DNA from: Octopus vulgaris
Lineage: Eukaryota
NCBI GenBank assembly: GCA_951406725.2
Contig: OX597818.1
Span: 142,166,001-142,230,000, forward strand
DNA length: 64,000 nucleotides
Direction of reading: 5' to 3'
Part shown: piece after piece, positions 40,577 through 54,629 of the stretch
How positions within the stretch are numbered: the first letter of the stretch is position 1
Layout: every line of letters begins with the position of its first letter
Notes under the pieces: generated by a model
Told to the model about the DNA's origin: nothing
The model's database searches: none
The model's input: only the letters and a program-made list of their open reading frames with translations
Made by a program: the position numbers and the translations under genes

Positions 40577-40992
40577 TACTCTTTTACTCTTTTACTCGTT
40601 TCAGTCATTTGACTGCGGCCATGCTGGAGCACCGCCTTTAATCAAGCAAATCGACCCCGGGACTTATTCTTTTTTTGTAAGCCCAGTACTTATTCTATCG
40701 GTCTCTTTTTTGCCAAACCGCTAAGTTACGGGGACGTAAACACACCAACATCGGTTGTCAAGCAATGCTAGGGGGACAAACACAGACACACAAACACACA
40801 CATACATATATATATACATACATATATACAACAGGCTTCTTTCAGTTTCCGTCTACCAAATCCACTCACAAGGCATTGGTCGACCCGGGGCTATAGCAGA
40901 AGACACTTGCCCAAGGTGCCACGCAGTGGGACTGAACCCGGAACCATGTGGTTGGTTAGCAAGCTACTTACCACACAGCCACTCCTGCGCCT
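40577..40992 (-). mobile_element. SINE family A copy
   Basis: Full length, ends ccactcctgcgcct. Confidence 0.9.
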
Positions 40993-41636
40993 GTTGTAAT
41001 ATTTTAAATTTAAATCTTACAATAAGAACATTTGCCAAAGTTTCTATTCCAAAAAGTAGAAGTGTGCAAAGAGAATGTGAAACCACACTTAAGACAGATT
41101 TCCATCCAGAATTTATACTAAAATAAAACAAGGGTGTTGTGTATCCTTAAACATAGTGGGATTAGGTAGAAAGATCACAGAAATTTCTGAAAATACAGGT
41201 TTAATACTGTGACCCCATGATTAATCTCTAGTTCTCAAAAGCATTTCAGGGCTAAGAGAATATATAGTTTTATATAGATCTACTTAAGTAGAACTGACTA
41301 GGAACCATTCACCAATGACATTGCTTGCAACTAAGGGTAAGTTGGTATCAACACACACCATACTTTCATTTATGAATTTCAGTAGCCATGTAGTACACAG
41401 CAGACACAGACGCTCTCTCAGATCTCTCACCCTGGGCCCAGCAGTACATCCAAAATGTGACAGCCAGAGCGTGAGAGAGTTGCACAAGGACTGAAATGAT
41501 TCTTCATTTATCAACCGCAAAAAGACGAAAAGCAAAGCAAAGCTGACTTTGGCAAGGTTTGAACTCAAAATAGAGAGAGCCAGAACAAATATTGGAACAC
41601 AATCTATCTGACACTAACAACTCTGCTACTTGACCA

Positions 41637-41988
<352 letters not shown>

Positions 41989-42356
41989 TTGCACAATTCT
42001 CTTGAAATAAAGTGTTGCAGTCTAAGAAGGTTAAGTGATAATATAATGTTATTCATGTCTTGGAGATACAATAGCACTTCTTTTGTTTCCAAGATATACC
42101 AACCATTCCTCTCGTTTCTGGATCATGTAGTCACCGTATTCAAAATACATTGTAACATAACTGACTCTGACACAACAAATATTCATCACTGATTGACATT
42201 CTGACAAGGAGACTTCACAGACTACGGACCAATAATTTTCTATTGATATGTAAAGTACATTTCTGTCAAGTCTATATTTAAACAGGTCTGGGGAGAAGGT
42301 CATGTGGAATGCTAACTTGTTATGACTGTTTCTTGAGATGTTCATCCTCAATATTC

Positions 42357-42579
42357 TCTCTTTTTACTCTTTTTTCTTGTTTCAGTCATTTTGACTGCGG
42401 CCATGCTGGAGCACCGCCTTTAATCGAGCAACTCAACCCCGGGACTTATTCTTTTGTAAGCCCAGTACTTATTCTATCGGTCTCTTTTGCCGAACCGCTA
42501 AGTAACGTGGACATAGACACACCAGCATCGGTTGTCAAGCAATGCTAGGGGGACAAACACAGACACACAAACACACACA

Positions 42580-42622
<43 letters not shown>

Positions 42623-42788
42623 GACGACGGGCTTCTTTCAGTTTCCGTCTACCAAATCCACTCACAAAGCTTTGGTCGGCCCAAGGCTATAGTAGAAGAC
42701 ACTTGCCCAAGGTGCCACGCAGTGAGACTGAACCCGGAACCATGTGGTTGGTAGACAATCTACTTACCACACAGCCACTCCTGCGCCT
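42357..42788 (-). mobile_element. SINE family A copy
   Basis: Full length, ends ccactcctgcgcct. Confidence 0.9.
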
Positions 42789-43576
42789 ATATATTTTTCT
42801 GTGTACTTTCTATATATTTGCTTTTGATGGTATTGTATGTTACTGCTGTTGTATAGTTCCAGGTCAGCATTGATGCAGGAGATATGATCAAAGCTATTCC
42901 AGCTTTGACAATCTAGTCTTTTTGATTTATATAGAAATACATAAGTTGATGTTCACATTACTTATTTAAGATGATGGGTAGTGAACTGAGGGAAATCTGG
43001 TGGCTATTTTTAGTCTATGAGTGACTCCATAGATATTTTCTCACTGTCCATTGAGCAATGTTTCTTCTGTGGATGTGTGCAGAAATTTGCTTGCACTCAA
43101 TTTTAAAAGACTCAAATTTTGTCTTTTGCTGTGAAGTATATGCACATCCATTTTTCTCCTTTGTGTGCTAGTTGTAAAGTATGTGGGGACATGCATAAGT
43201 GCATAGCCGAGAGAGAACATTGTTCTTGTGTAAGTTTGGATGGATAGATACATAAGCAGAGACAAATAGAAACATTGTGGGCTCATTGAAAACATGACAC
43301 AACAGAAAATCTTCAAGTACTACAATGCCCTCAGAGAGAAAGAGAGAGAGAGAGAGAGAGTGAGTTGAGTGAGTGCATGCATGTATGTGAGTGAGTGTGT
43401 ACATGTGTGTCATCATCATCACCATCATCATTTAACATCGTTTTCCATGCTTGCATGGGTTGGATGGTTTGACTGAGGTCTGGAGAGCCAGCAGTTGCAC
43501 CAGGCTCCAATCTGATCTGGCAAAGTTTCTACAGCCTGACACCCTTCCTAATGCCAACTACTCTGGGAGTGTAGTG

Positions 43577-44650
43577 GGTGCTTTTTACATGCTACCAGCA
43601 CAGGGTCCAGTCAGTGGGTACTGGCCTCAGCCACGTTTGGATGGTGCTTTTTACATGCCACCAGCACAGGGGCCAGTCAGTGGGTACTGGCCTCAGCCAC
43701 GTTTGGATGGTGCTGTTTATGTGCCACCAGCACAGGGGCCAGTCAGTGGGTACTGGCCTCAGCCACATTTGGATGGTGCTGTTTATGTGCCACCAGCACA
43801 GGGGCCAGTCAGTGGGTACTGGCCTCAGCCACGTTTGGATGGTGCTGTTTATGTGCCACCAGCACAGGGGCCAGTCAGTGGGTACTGGCCTCAGCCACGT
43901 TTGGATGGTGCTGTTTATGTGCCACCAGCACAGGGGCCAGTCAGTGGGTACTGGCCTCAGCCACGTTTGGATGGTGCTGTTTATGTGCCACCAGCACAGG
44001 GGCCAGTCAGTGGGTACTGGCCTCAGCCACGTTTGGATGTGCTGTTATGTGCCACCAGCACAGGGGCCAGTCAGTGGGTACTGGCCTCCAGCCACGTTTG
44101 GATAGTGCTGTTTATGTGCCACCAGCACAGGGGCCAGTCAGTGGGTACTGGTGCTGTTTATGTGCCACCAGCACAGGGGCCAGTCAGTGGGTACTGGCCT
44201 CAGCCACGTTTGGATGGTGCTGTTTATGTGCCACCAGCACAGGGGCCAGTCAGTGGGTACTGGCCTCAGCCACATTTGGATGGTGCTGTTTATGTGCCAC
44301 CAGCACAGGGGCCAGTCAGTGGGTACTGGCCTCAGCCACGTTTGGATGGTGCTGTTTATGTGCCACCAGCACAGGGGCCAGTCAGTGGGTACTGGCCTCA
44401 GCCACGTTTGGATGGTGCTGTTTATGTGCCACCAGCACAGGGGCCAGTCAGTGGGTACTGGCCTCAGCCACGTTTGGATGGTGCTGTTTATGTGCCACCA
44501 GCACAGGGGCCAGTCAGTGGGTACTGGCCTCAGCCACGTTTGGATGGTGCTGTTTATGTGCCACCAGCACAGGGGCCAGTCAGTGGGTACTGGCCTCAGC
44601 CACGTTTGGATGGTGCTGTTTATGTGCCACTAGCACAGGGGCCAGTCAGG
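43577..44650. repeat. 66-bp minisatellite, about 17 units, inside an RTE 3'-end element
   Basis: Unit ggtgctgtttatgtgccaccagcacaggggccagtcagtgggtactggcctcagccacgtttggat, near-identical, with one internally truncated unit near 44103-44149. Confidence 0.97.
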
Positions 44651-44968
44651 CAGTCCTGGCATTGGTGCATAATTGTATTTAGGCATGTACAATGGTTTGT
44701 TGCCCTGGACAGCTCAAATAAACTGATAGGAAGAGTATCCAGCAGTAAAATCCATGCCAAAAAGTAGAAAGAATCGAATGGGCCTAAAATGAAGTCTGTG
44801 AGTCACAGTGCAGGCAACTGTCTAGGAGAGCAAGAAATATATACAATAATCCCTCACCATATTGCAGTTTATTATTTAAGCTTATGTCGATTCCTCTGTG
44901 GTGTTGTTTTGAATTTATAATAAAATAAATACGTACAAATTATAAAAATTATTTTTAAAAATACACAT

Positions 44969-45380
44969 AGGCGCAGGAGTGGCTGTGTGGTAAGTAGCTT
45001 GCTTATGAACCACATGGTTCCGGGTTCAGTCCCACTGCATGGCATCTTGGGCAAGTGTCTTCTGCTATAGCCCCGGGCCGACCAATGCCTTGTGAGTGGA
45101 TTTGGTAGACGGAAACTGAAAGAAGCCTGTCGTATATATGTATATATATATGTATATGTGTGTGTGTTTGTGTGTCTGTGTTTGTCCCCCTAGCATTGCT
45201 TGACAACCAATGCTGGTGTGTTTACGTCCCCGTCACTTAGCGGTTTGGCAAAAGAGACCAATAGAATAAGTACTGGGCTTACGAAGAATAAGTCCCGGGG
45301 TCGATTTGCTCAACTAAAGGCGGTGCTCCAGCATGGCCGCAGTCAAATGACTGAAACAAGTAAAAGAGTAAAAGAGAGTA
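44969..45380 (+). mobile_element. SINE family A copy (more degenerate copies near 1-110, 39415-39810, 46070-46460)
   Basis: Full length; ends about 105 nt from the 45486 splice donor. Confidence 0.9.
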
Positions 45381-45485
45381 CAGTACTATCTCCTCTACTT
45401 TGCAGATTTTCACTTATTGCAGTGGGTTTTGGATAATGAGAATAAAACTTTCAACAAATGGAAAAATTACTTAGACATCACTTAC

Positions 45486-45634
45486 CAATTCTTCATTCTC
45501 TCCTCCAATTGTGGACACATGAAGTTGTGATGGAACTGGTAAATACTCTTGATATTAGAGAACATCTGTGTTATAACATCTGATGAGAAAAAATTGTGCA
45601 CTTGGTTTTCGACGATCACTTGAAACTGGAAAAC
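45486..45634 (-). CDS. FGD: FGD-family (FYVE, RhoGEF and PH domain) GEF, DH-domain exon (149 nt, phase 0 to 2)
   Basis: ctag|GTT...TG|gtaag; translates VFQFQVIVENQVHNFFSSDVITQMFSNIKSIYQFHHNFMCPQLEERMKN(W), matching the FGD DH motif FSNIxSIYxFH...PxLExRMxxW. Not in the ORF track. Confidence 0.95.
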
Positions 45635-47124
45635 CTAGAAAAGTTAAAGTAGGGAGACATTTAATTATATTACCTAAAACAAATAAAGGAAAAATAACTA
45701 GAGAGAAAACTATAGAGAAATGTTTCTTATTTCTTTATTGCCCACAAGGGGCCAAACATAGGGGGGACAAACAAGGACAGACAAAAGGATTAAGACGATT
45801 ACATCAACCCCAGTGCATAACTGGTACTTAATTTATCGACCCCGAAAGGATGAAAGTCGACCTCAGCAGAATTTGAGCTCAGAACACAAAGACAGATGGA
45901 ATACCACTAAGCATTTTGCCTGGTGTGCTAACGTTTCTGCCTTAACTACAGAGTTAAGGCAGAAACTCGCCACCTTAACTACAGAGAAATGTTTCTATTA
46001 AACTGTTGTTGCTGTAAGTTAATTTAGAGTTCTTAGAGTAAAAAAAAAATTTTACTTTTATTTTTGTAGACTAAGTGGTAAAGAAACTCAATTTGTAGTC
46101 CTATGCTTTCAGGTTCAGTCCCACTGCTTGGCTTTTTTGGGCCAGTGTCTTCTATTATATACTGGGGTTGACCAATACTTTGTGAACAAATGAGCAAATT
46201 TGATAGACAAAAACTGTGTGGAAGCCCTTCATATGTGGATGCGTGTTTTTGTGTCTGCGTCTTAAACCACCATCATGCTGCTTGACAACTGACGTTGGTT
46301 TATTTATATCCTTGTAACTTAACAGTTTAGCAAAAGAGACTGATAGAATAAGTACCAAACTTTAAAAAAAAAGTACGCAGCTCAATTTAACTAAAACTCT
46401 CCAAGACAAGTGCCCTAATGTGGCAGCAGTCTAATTACTGAAACACATAATATATAAAAGATAGCTTAACCAAAAGAGGAAGAGTAGCACCCATGAATCC
46501 TTTCAGTGACTCCAAGATCAATGGGAGGAAGTCATCCTCAGACAGGAGACCCGGCCTGAAAGTTTGCAACTGTGTGGATTTTGCTAAAGACAACCAAAGA
46601 TCAGGTATTGGTTGGTGTTGAACAAGATAACAGATTGTAGACCTCTAATGCAAAGTGTTTCACAAAAGACCATCCCATCTTCTGTTTCAGACAAAATGTA
46701 TTTGAAATTACATTACTGTCCTTTGTTTTTGTAAGAAATGCTGAGTGTGATTCGAGGGTCATTTAGCTGCTGTTTCTAAGTCAATCTATTGTACTGTAGC
46801 TTCCCTTATAGGCTTGCTTGTGTGGAATTAATAATGATGATAATAATAATAATAATAATAATAAGCTTGATGGTGAGGTTTATTACAACATTCACTATCT
46901 ATCTGCTATCCTCAAGCTACCTTCTTAAACAATTTGCTGAGGCATGAGTTCTTCCTCTCTATTCTTCAAGAAATGGTTTCCCATTGCCTCCATCTATTCA
47001 AGCAAACTAATGCATGTTGATTAACTGGCAGTGTGTTGTTATTTAACTCCAAGTCGGTCATGAACTAGCAGATCTATAATCAAAGGTATTCCAGCAAGAA
47101 CGATACTGTCTTTTTGTATATATA

Positions 47125-47554
47125 CAAGGTGGTGCTGAAAAGTTCATGGCTTTGAGGGTGTCATCAAAGGCCTGACTGGAGGCCCAACCTTACAAGTTTC
47201 TTTTTTTACAGAGCTTAGAAAAACTGAAAGACCACTGCAATAAGTGTTTGAATCTCAGAGGGGAATATGTTGAATAAAATCGTAATTAAGAAGCCAGGGA
47301 ACAGAAGAAGAAGAAAGAAGACATGCACCCAACACAGAGCTGAAGGCACCTCCGAAAGGGGGGTCCCTGCCACGTCAAACAGTAGAGGAGTAGGGACCAA
47401 AACCGGACATGGTTCCTCCTGATGATGTCTTGAGCTAACTGGACCCTACAAAGGAGCTGTTGTGGTAGAAGACCATGAAACACAGTTGAAATTCCTCCTC
47501 CATCTTCCTGTATTTTCTTTTATCCAAAGCCAGGAACTTTCCAGCATCCCCTCG
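47125..47554 (+). mobile_element. mariner deletion derivative
   Basis: TA|caaggtggtgctgaaaagttcatggcttt ... aaagccaggaactttccagcatcccctcg|TA; keeps the transposase C-terminus LEKLKDHCNKCLNLRGEYVE*. Confidence 0.82.
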
Positions 47555-49377
47555 TAGGACAACAATACCCGATATATCCTTCATTTTGTTTCTTTCGCTA
47601 AGATGACAGTAGAATGTGTTTGAGGAAATTTGGCTTTTATTTCTAGCAGATCAAGCAACTATGTAGAGGCTATCTCAACACAATATATATACAGTTCATT
47701 TGATATGCTTGAGTAAATGAAGTTAATATTTTAGTCGATCGATAATGATCCACTACCGCAATATAAATATATATGTATGTATATGCATATATATATTGAC
47801 CTAATGAAGTCTAATGGAACTTGTGATATTAAAGAATGAATATTGGAATCGTTCATTTACTGGCAACATTCCATTTCTAGAGTTAATTCCAAATTGAACA
47901 AAGATGGAAAATGTCAAAATAGCTATATAAAGTTTGAAGACCAAAATGTACTGCAAAATGTACACACTCTAGCATATATGTATGTATATGCATAATATGT
48001 TTATTTGAGTGTGTGTATGTGCATATGCATGCATGTATGTGTGTAAGATAAAGTAAAAAAACACGTGCTTATTTGTATAGATCACCACCATCTCAAAGAT
48101 AAATCAATAGATATATACATTCACTCATACATACATGCACATACACTAATGCACACATGCTAATAGGTATATTTGAGCATTAGTGTTCTTGTATAAGAGC
48201 ATGTTAAAAGTGTATAATAATTACGTATATGTACATACAATTGTTTACATTATACATAGATACTCCTACACAAACACGCACACAATCATATATATGTTAC
48301 TTTCTTACGACCGACACACATACATCATCGACATCATTATTTTACATTCATTTCTCCATGTTGACACAGATTGTAGTTTCATCACATGTGGTCCATACCA
48401 TTTCGTATGCACATCATATGTAGTTTATAAATTTCATTGTGGACCAAGTGTATTTTATTATACTGTCTACATTAAAGAGGCTTTCACTTGCAAAGGGACT
48501 AAAGAGCACCCTCCACTTTGTAGTAGTCCTTATCTGATGGCTATTTCTAGCAAGTAAAGAGACCTTATAGAAAGGCTTTTCATGTTTTATGCTCACTTGT
48601 AATCCCTATATTTTAGAGCCTTTATCAAATTGTGAAGACACATGGCACAGTGGCTAACAGTGTTTGGATTATGATTGTAAAATCATGGATTTATTTCATA
48701 GATAAGATAGTACATTGTATCCTTGAGCAAGATTTTCATTTCACATTGTTCCGGTCTACTTCAGTTGTACTCAACCTCACTCTGGCAACTTCTGCGACAC
48801 ACTGATCCCAAGCTGTATTGGCCTCTGCCTTTCCCTTGGATACTATTGGTGATGTAGAGAGGGGTGACCTGTTGCATGGGCAACTGCAGGTCTTCCACAA
48901 AAACTGCCAAGGCCTGCGCTCTGGAGAGGACACTCAAGAGTTGTGATTTGAGACAGAACAACATGGAAAATAGCAGTTACCAGTGATAAGTCTTCACTCA
49001 ACTAATGTAGAGATAATGACCAGGGCCTGTTTTCAACAGTGGGAGAGACCTCAACGTTTTACTGGATAGCTACTGATGGAGATGCAGGAAGACCAAACCA
49101 TCAACAAACGACCAGCTGATCAACCACATTGGTGACCATTGCAGCTGTGACAGTCACTCATGCATTGGCCTTGTCAGTCACAAGCAATGCTGCAATGCCG
49201 ATCCAATTCAAGGCACAGATCCATAGTCTTGCAAGACTAACAGATGCCAATCACAGAATTATATATCCATTACAGCCAATCAGTTTTGCACCAGGGATTC
49301 AATGAAGTATCAGGTAACAATCCAATTATGAAACCCTGCACTCGTCAGAGGTAACCGATACAGAATGAAATATGGCG

Positions 49378-49410
<33 letters not shown>

Positions 49411-49667
49411 AAGAGATGCCCTTCTAGATGTTATCCATTCTAAACAAGGACAGAGGGCAATTAGCACTGGAAATAACTTGGTTTTTCTTTATTTTCAATA
49501 TGTCAAGAAGGATACCCACTTCTCATAGCCTAATGATGGTTTGTTTCATATGAGGAAGACAGAGAAACCAGTCAGATTGGTGTGATTAATTTTTTAAAAA
49601 AATATTTTAAGGCTTAGGCTGAGAGGAAAAAGCAACACCTATGACCCCCCCTTTTTTTTTCCTTTAA

Positions 49668-49888
49668 CCCTTTAGCTTTCAGATAACTCTATCAAAATGT
49701 AACACATGTTTGTTCATGTTGTTTTAAATCAATCATGCATTGTCTCAAAACTTCAAGATTTCAATGATGCGATTGTTTATTTTTAGCATGACATTGTAGA
49801 ATAGGTGTAAGAAGCTGGGTCTGGCTGGTATGAACATAAAACCAGAAGAATAGCTGGGCCAGCTAAGGCCAGTTTGAATGCTAAAAGG
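49668..49888. mobile_element. piggyBac-like MITE family 1
   Basis: TTAA|ccctttagc ... gctaaaagg|TTAA. Confidence 0.8.
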
Positions 49889-50385
49889 TTAAGGGTTTCC
49901 AAGACTGGTTAGAGGAAAGGAAGAAGTTATATTCAGACTAAAGACCTTGGCTGATTGACGCAAAATGCATTCTGCTAAAAGCAGCCTTGGGCTAAATGAT
50001 GGTGACTGTAGTGATGGTGGCAAACTGGATACCAGATTAAGTATTCAACCATGTGGGGTCTCAACATCGAAGAGAAAAGGGAGTTTAGTGTAGTAGTTTT
50101 TTTTTTTAAAGGGGGAAAAAGGGGGTGGGGAAAGGGTATGACTTCATTATGATGCTACTGCTTATGATGTAAAAGATGTATATCAGAGTTCAGAGGAAAT
50201 GAAACTACTTTAATTCACAGGCAATTAACAGAACTGGCGATATCTCAAGGAAGTTATCAAAAACTGAATTTGATGAAGGGAAAAGAAAATTAAGAGAGAA
50301 AAAAACACATCAATATTTGTTTCATTATTTATTTATTGGAAACCACCAAAGGAATACAAATAGGCTATCAGATTATATGATTATG

Positions 50386-50423
<38 letters not shown>

Positions 50424-51205
50424 TATACTGACGATTACTGGCTGTTGGAATTAAAAGAAAATAGAATTATACATTTTAATTTTGTTTCCTTTTTATCCTT
50501 TTTTCTATATTTTTTTATCGCAATGCTGAGATTAGCAAAATGAAAGAATTAAGAATTTCATTTTAAGAAGTGTGTTAAAGAATAAAAAATAAAACCCCTT
50601 TAAAAAAGCAGAAAAATACTTTATTTTTATATTTTTAATTAAAACATGATGATTAAAACAATTTTGCTTCTAGCCTGAGTCCTTACTGTATCACTTTTTA
50701 TCATTTCCTCTCATTCTGCTTGAATAAGCAGAATAATATTCATAAGGCTAGCCTATGTACAGACAGATATCAAAAGACTGACACATATCCTACAGCTTGT
50801 ATCACTTAGTAGAACAGTAAAGATCTATAGACTGTTAACAAAAAAATTCTTGATTAGAATCTATTTAAGCCCATAAGAAAGACATGGTTTGCTAGAAATA
50901 GCAAACAAATCTACTGCAAATTACACCCTACAATCATAAACTAAGGATTCATAAGATAATACAGTCCAAGACAAACAATGTATGACAACAACAAAAAAAG
51001 AAAAACGAAGTGTTGTAGCTAGAATGTCTTTAATCAAAGGCCGGCTCTTTCAGTACTGACCTGGAGCTAAAACAACCACAATAATATCTGAGGGTCTTAC
51101 ACAGCCAGAAATATAAGTGCAAAAAAATGTGTTTCAGTAGTTCAATTAAATATGTGAATTACTATGGATTACTATGTTGGAAATGTTCCAAAAGAATAAA
51201 CATGA

Positions 51206-51265
<60 letters not shown>

Positions 51266-51364
51266 ATGTGTGTGTGTGTGCATGTGTGTGTGTGTGTGTG
51301 TGTGTGTGCATGTGTACATGCATGTGTGTGTGTGTGCGCGTGTGTGTGTAGCCTCATCATTTAA

Positions 51365-51584
51365 CCCTTTCGTTACCAACCCAGCTGAAACCACTTCTGG
51401 CTCTGAGTACAAATGTCTTGTTTTCATAAGTTTTGAATTAAAATCTTCCATCAAACCTTAGTCGTAATTTATGTTCCTAATACTAACTGAATGATAATTA
51501 AGTTGTTTTACTAAATTCTTCGTTATATTTAAAGTAATTGAAAGAAATACAGAGCATCTCAAAATAAAGACAGTAATGAAAGGG
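51365..51584. mobile_element. piggyBac-like MITE family 2 (inverted relative to 28089)
   Basis: TTAA|ccctttcgttac ... gtaatgaaaggg|TTAA. Confidence 0.85.
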
Positions 51585-51589
51585 TTAAG

Positions 51590-52422
51590 ATCCATTTTCC
51601 TTGCAGGCATGGGTTAGATGGTTTGACAGAAGCTGGGCAGAGCGAGAACTGGCCAGGCTCCAACAGTCTGTTTTGACATGATTTCTATGGCTAGATGCCC
51701 TTCTTAATGCCAACTACTTTATTGAGTGTACTGGGTACTTTTTCTGTGGTACCAGCATGGGTGCTTTATGCATGGTACTAGCACGAGTGCTTTATATGCG
51801 GCACAGGTATGAGTGCTTTATATGCGGCACAGGTATGAGTGCTTTATAAGTGACACCAGTACTAGTATTTTTTACATGGCACTGGCATGGAAGCTTTTTT
51901 ACATGACCCTGAACAGGCGCTTTTACACAACACCATCATCCACAAGCCTGCAGGATAAGGGCCTCTTGGCTGACATAGGGAGTTGCCTATATGTTTAGAT
52001 AGCCAAAATTTTACTTAGCTTAGTGTGTCTTCTCAAACACAACAAATTCATAGAAGTCTCAGATCCTTGTCACCTCCTCAGTGAGGCTTAGCATCTGAAA
52101 ATCCTTTTTCACCACGTTGTCCCATGCCTTCCAGAGTCTACCTCTTCTACATGTTCCCTCCACAATTAGAGATTGGCACTTCTTTATGCAGCTGTCCATT
52201 CACATGCATTACATGGCCATACCAGTGCAGTCTTTTCTCTTGCACACTATATCTGATACCTCTTATACTCAATTTTTCTCTTAAGGTATTTACACTCTGT
52301 TGTTGTACATGCACACTACCATTACCCATCCAGCAGAGCATGCTGGCCTCATTTCTTTCAACACTTCACAAGTCCTCACTTGTCATAGCCTTTGTCTCAC
52401 TACCATGTAGCATAGCCTCATG
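51590..52422 (-). mobile_element. RTE LINE 3' part: ORF2 C-terminus joined to the common 3'-end element
   Basis: AMLHGSET... and LREKLSIRGIRYSVQEKRLHWYGHVM, contiguous with the gatgcccttc...aaccac 3' core. Confidence 0.8.
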
Positions 52423-52859
52423 CATGCATGCATGTATGTATACATACATACATGCATGCACGTGTACACACAGACACACACACAATCCAATCTTTAACCC
52501 AAGAACAAGAATAAAATCTGATAGAGAGCAGGGGGAAACATTTGAGCTTCTCTGGTGCAGCTGGTATGACAAAATGCACCCAGTTCATGTTGTAAAGCAG
52601 TAAATAAGGGAAGTAGCAACCAGCTTTTAAAACCATGGAAAATAAACAAGAGAAGTCATAACAACCGAGAATTAATGACATTTTACATTTTATTGCATGC
52701 ATGTCAGATAATGAAGGATTGTAAACACAAGCATAAAAGCCAGCATGGAAAACCAAACATACAATGAACAGGTTAGTGAAAGCTGAAAAGGTTTTGCTCA
52801 TAGGTCTGTCAGATCAGGATTGTCCAGAGGCTCAACAACAGCAGCAACAACAAACATGC

Positions 52860-53222
52860 TGACCTGTCCTGAACTATGCATCTTCTGCTCTCTGTTCAAT
52901 CCTTCTACAAGTTACACCCCAATGCTACTGAGTTTGTCAGATCAATATTGTGAATCATCAAATATAAATCAATTTTATATTTATGCTTCGTGTTTTATTG
53001 ACAGTTAATGCTCCATTGAATGAGTTATCAGTCAGGAAAGATAGCTGAACCAGAAAAATTGATCATGTTCTCGTAGTCTTTACTTTCTTGGCACAGACTG
53101 ACTTAGGTAAACTCAGTTGCAATGATGTTTTGTGCAACACTGAATATCCGAGGCAAACAATTCCATAAATTCCTGTGTCAAAACTGTTGATACTTCTTAC
53201 GAACCCAAAGACCAAGCCTTAC
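52860..53222 (-). mobile_element. Possible highly degraded R4/Dong-like reverse transcriptase fragment
   Basis: Broken frames give CLPRIFSVAQNII, AIFPD and FIFDD in the order expected for RT motifs; (TAA)n at the 5' side. Weak. Confidence 0.3.
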
Positions 53223-54472
53223 ATAATAATAATAATCCTTCCTACTATATGCCTAAGGCCTGAAATTTTGGGGAAGGGGACTAGTCAATTACATCAACCC
53301 CAGTGTTCCACAGGTACTTAATTTATTGACTCCAGAAGGATGAAAGGCAAAGTCAACCCTGGCAGTAGTTAAATGATAGTAATAATAATCTTTTCTACCA
53401 AAGGCACAAGGGCTGAAATTTTGGTGGAAGGGACAAGTCGATTACATTGACTCCAAATAATAATAATAATCTTTTCTACTCAAGGCACAAGGCCTGAAAT
53501 CTTTGAGGAGGGGACCAATTGATTGACCCCAGTATGCAACTGGTACTTAATTTATCGACCCTAGAAAGATGAAAGGCAAAATCGACCTTGGCGGAATTTG
53601 AACTCAGAATGTAAAGACAGATGAAATACCTATTTCTTTACTACCCACAAGGAGCTTAACACAGAAGGAACAAACAAAGACAGACAAACGGATTAAGTCG
53701 ATTATATCGACCCACTGCATAACTGGTACTTATTTAATCGACCCCGGAAAGATGAAAGGCAAAATTGACATGTCTGTTACTCTCTCTCCCTTGCTCATGA
53801 CCATCAACCACATTTCTTCTCCTAACTTGTGTTTCTTTCTTTCTCTCCATTGTAGCTCGATCAAGGAAGCCGTGTTCTTGTTTGTCTCCTGTCCAAGCTT
53901 GATTTACGCATTTGCCATCACAACCTTGGTTAAGCTTAGCAGCCCTTCCTGTTTATTTTCACTGTCCTGTTTGTGTTGCCAATTTTGACCCTCCACAAAA
54001 TCCCAAATTTTATTTAATTTGCTTTATCAAAAGGTTGTGGTTGTGGTGGTGAATGCGTAAATCAGGCTTGGACAGGAGACAGGCAAGAACACGTCTTCCT
54101 TGTTCCAGCTACAACGGAGAGAAAGAAAGAAACACAAGTTAGGAGAAGAAAGAAATATGGCCAATGGTTGCATGGGAGCCACGTGAGCAAGGAAGGAGGA
54201 GTGAGGAAGAGAGAGTGACAGAGTAATAGGATAGAATGGTGGGCGAAGAGGAGGTAAAAGAATAAGAAAGAGAAAGAGAGAAAAACAAAAAAGTAAAAAG
54301 ATCATATAGAGTGTGCATCAGAATTAAGATAAAATTTACTTGGAAGAGGATGCGTGGCGTTCAGTCATATAATAATATAAAAACTATATATATATGTGTG
54401 TGTGTGTGTGTATACACACATAACATATATACACATACATACACATATATATATATCATGCATATGTATATA

Positions 54473-54508
<36 letters not shown>

Positions 54509-54629
54509 CATACATATATATATGCATATATATATATATATACACATGCATATACATACATATGTATATATACATATATATACATGTATATTTATACATA
54601 CATGTATATATATATATATACATACATAT

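Noticed and set aside
42049-42351. 100-aa minus-strand ORF (and similar sequence near 35050-35400)
   Set aside because: Only a faint SPDL...IENYW resemblance to a decayed Tc1 transposase; no TIRs or splice support, so not called.
43577-44650. CRISPR-like array
   Set aside because: Units are contiguous and identical with no unique spacers; no cas genes; eukaryotic intron.
43451-44767. 438-aa ORF with a 22-aa repeat (GAVYVPPAQGPVSGYWPQPRLD)
   Set aside because: By-product of a 66-bp (multiple of 3) minisatellite in a LINE 3' region; all three + frames are open over long stretches and the ORF changes frame register mid-array.
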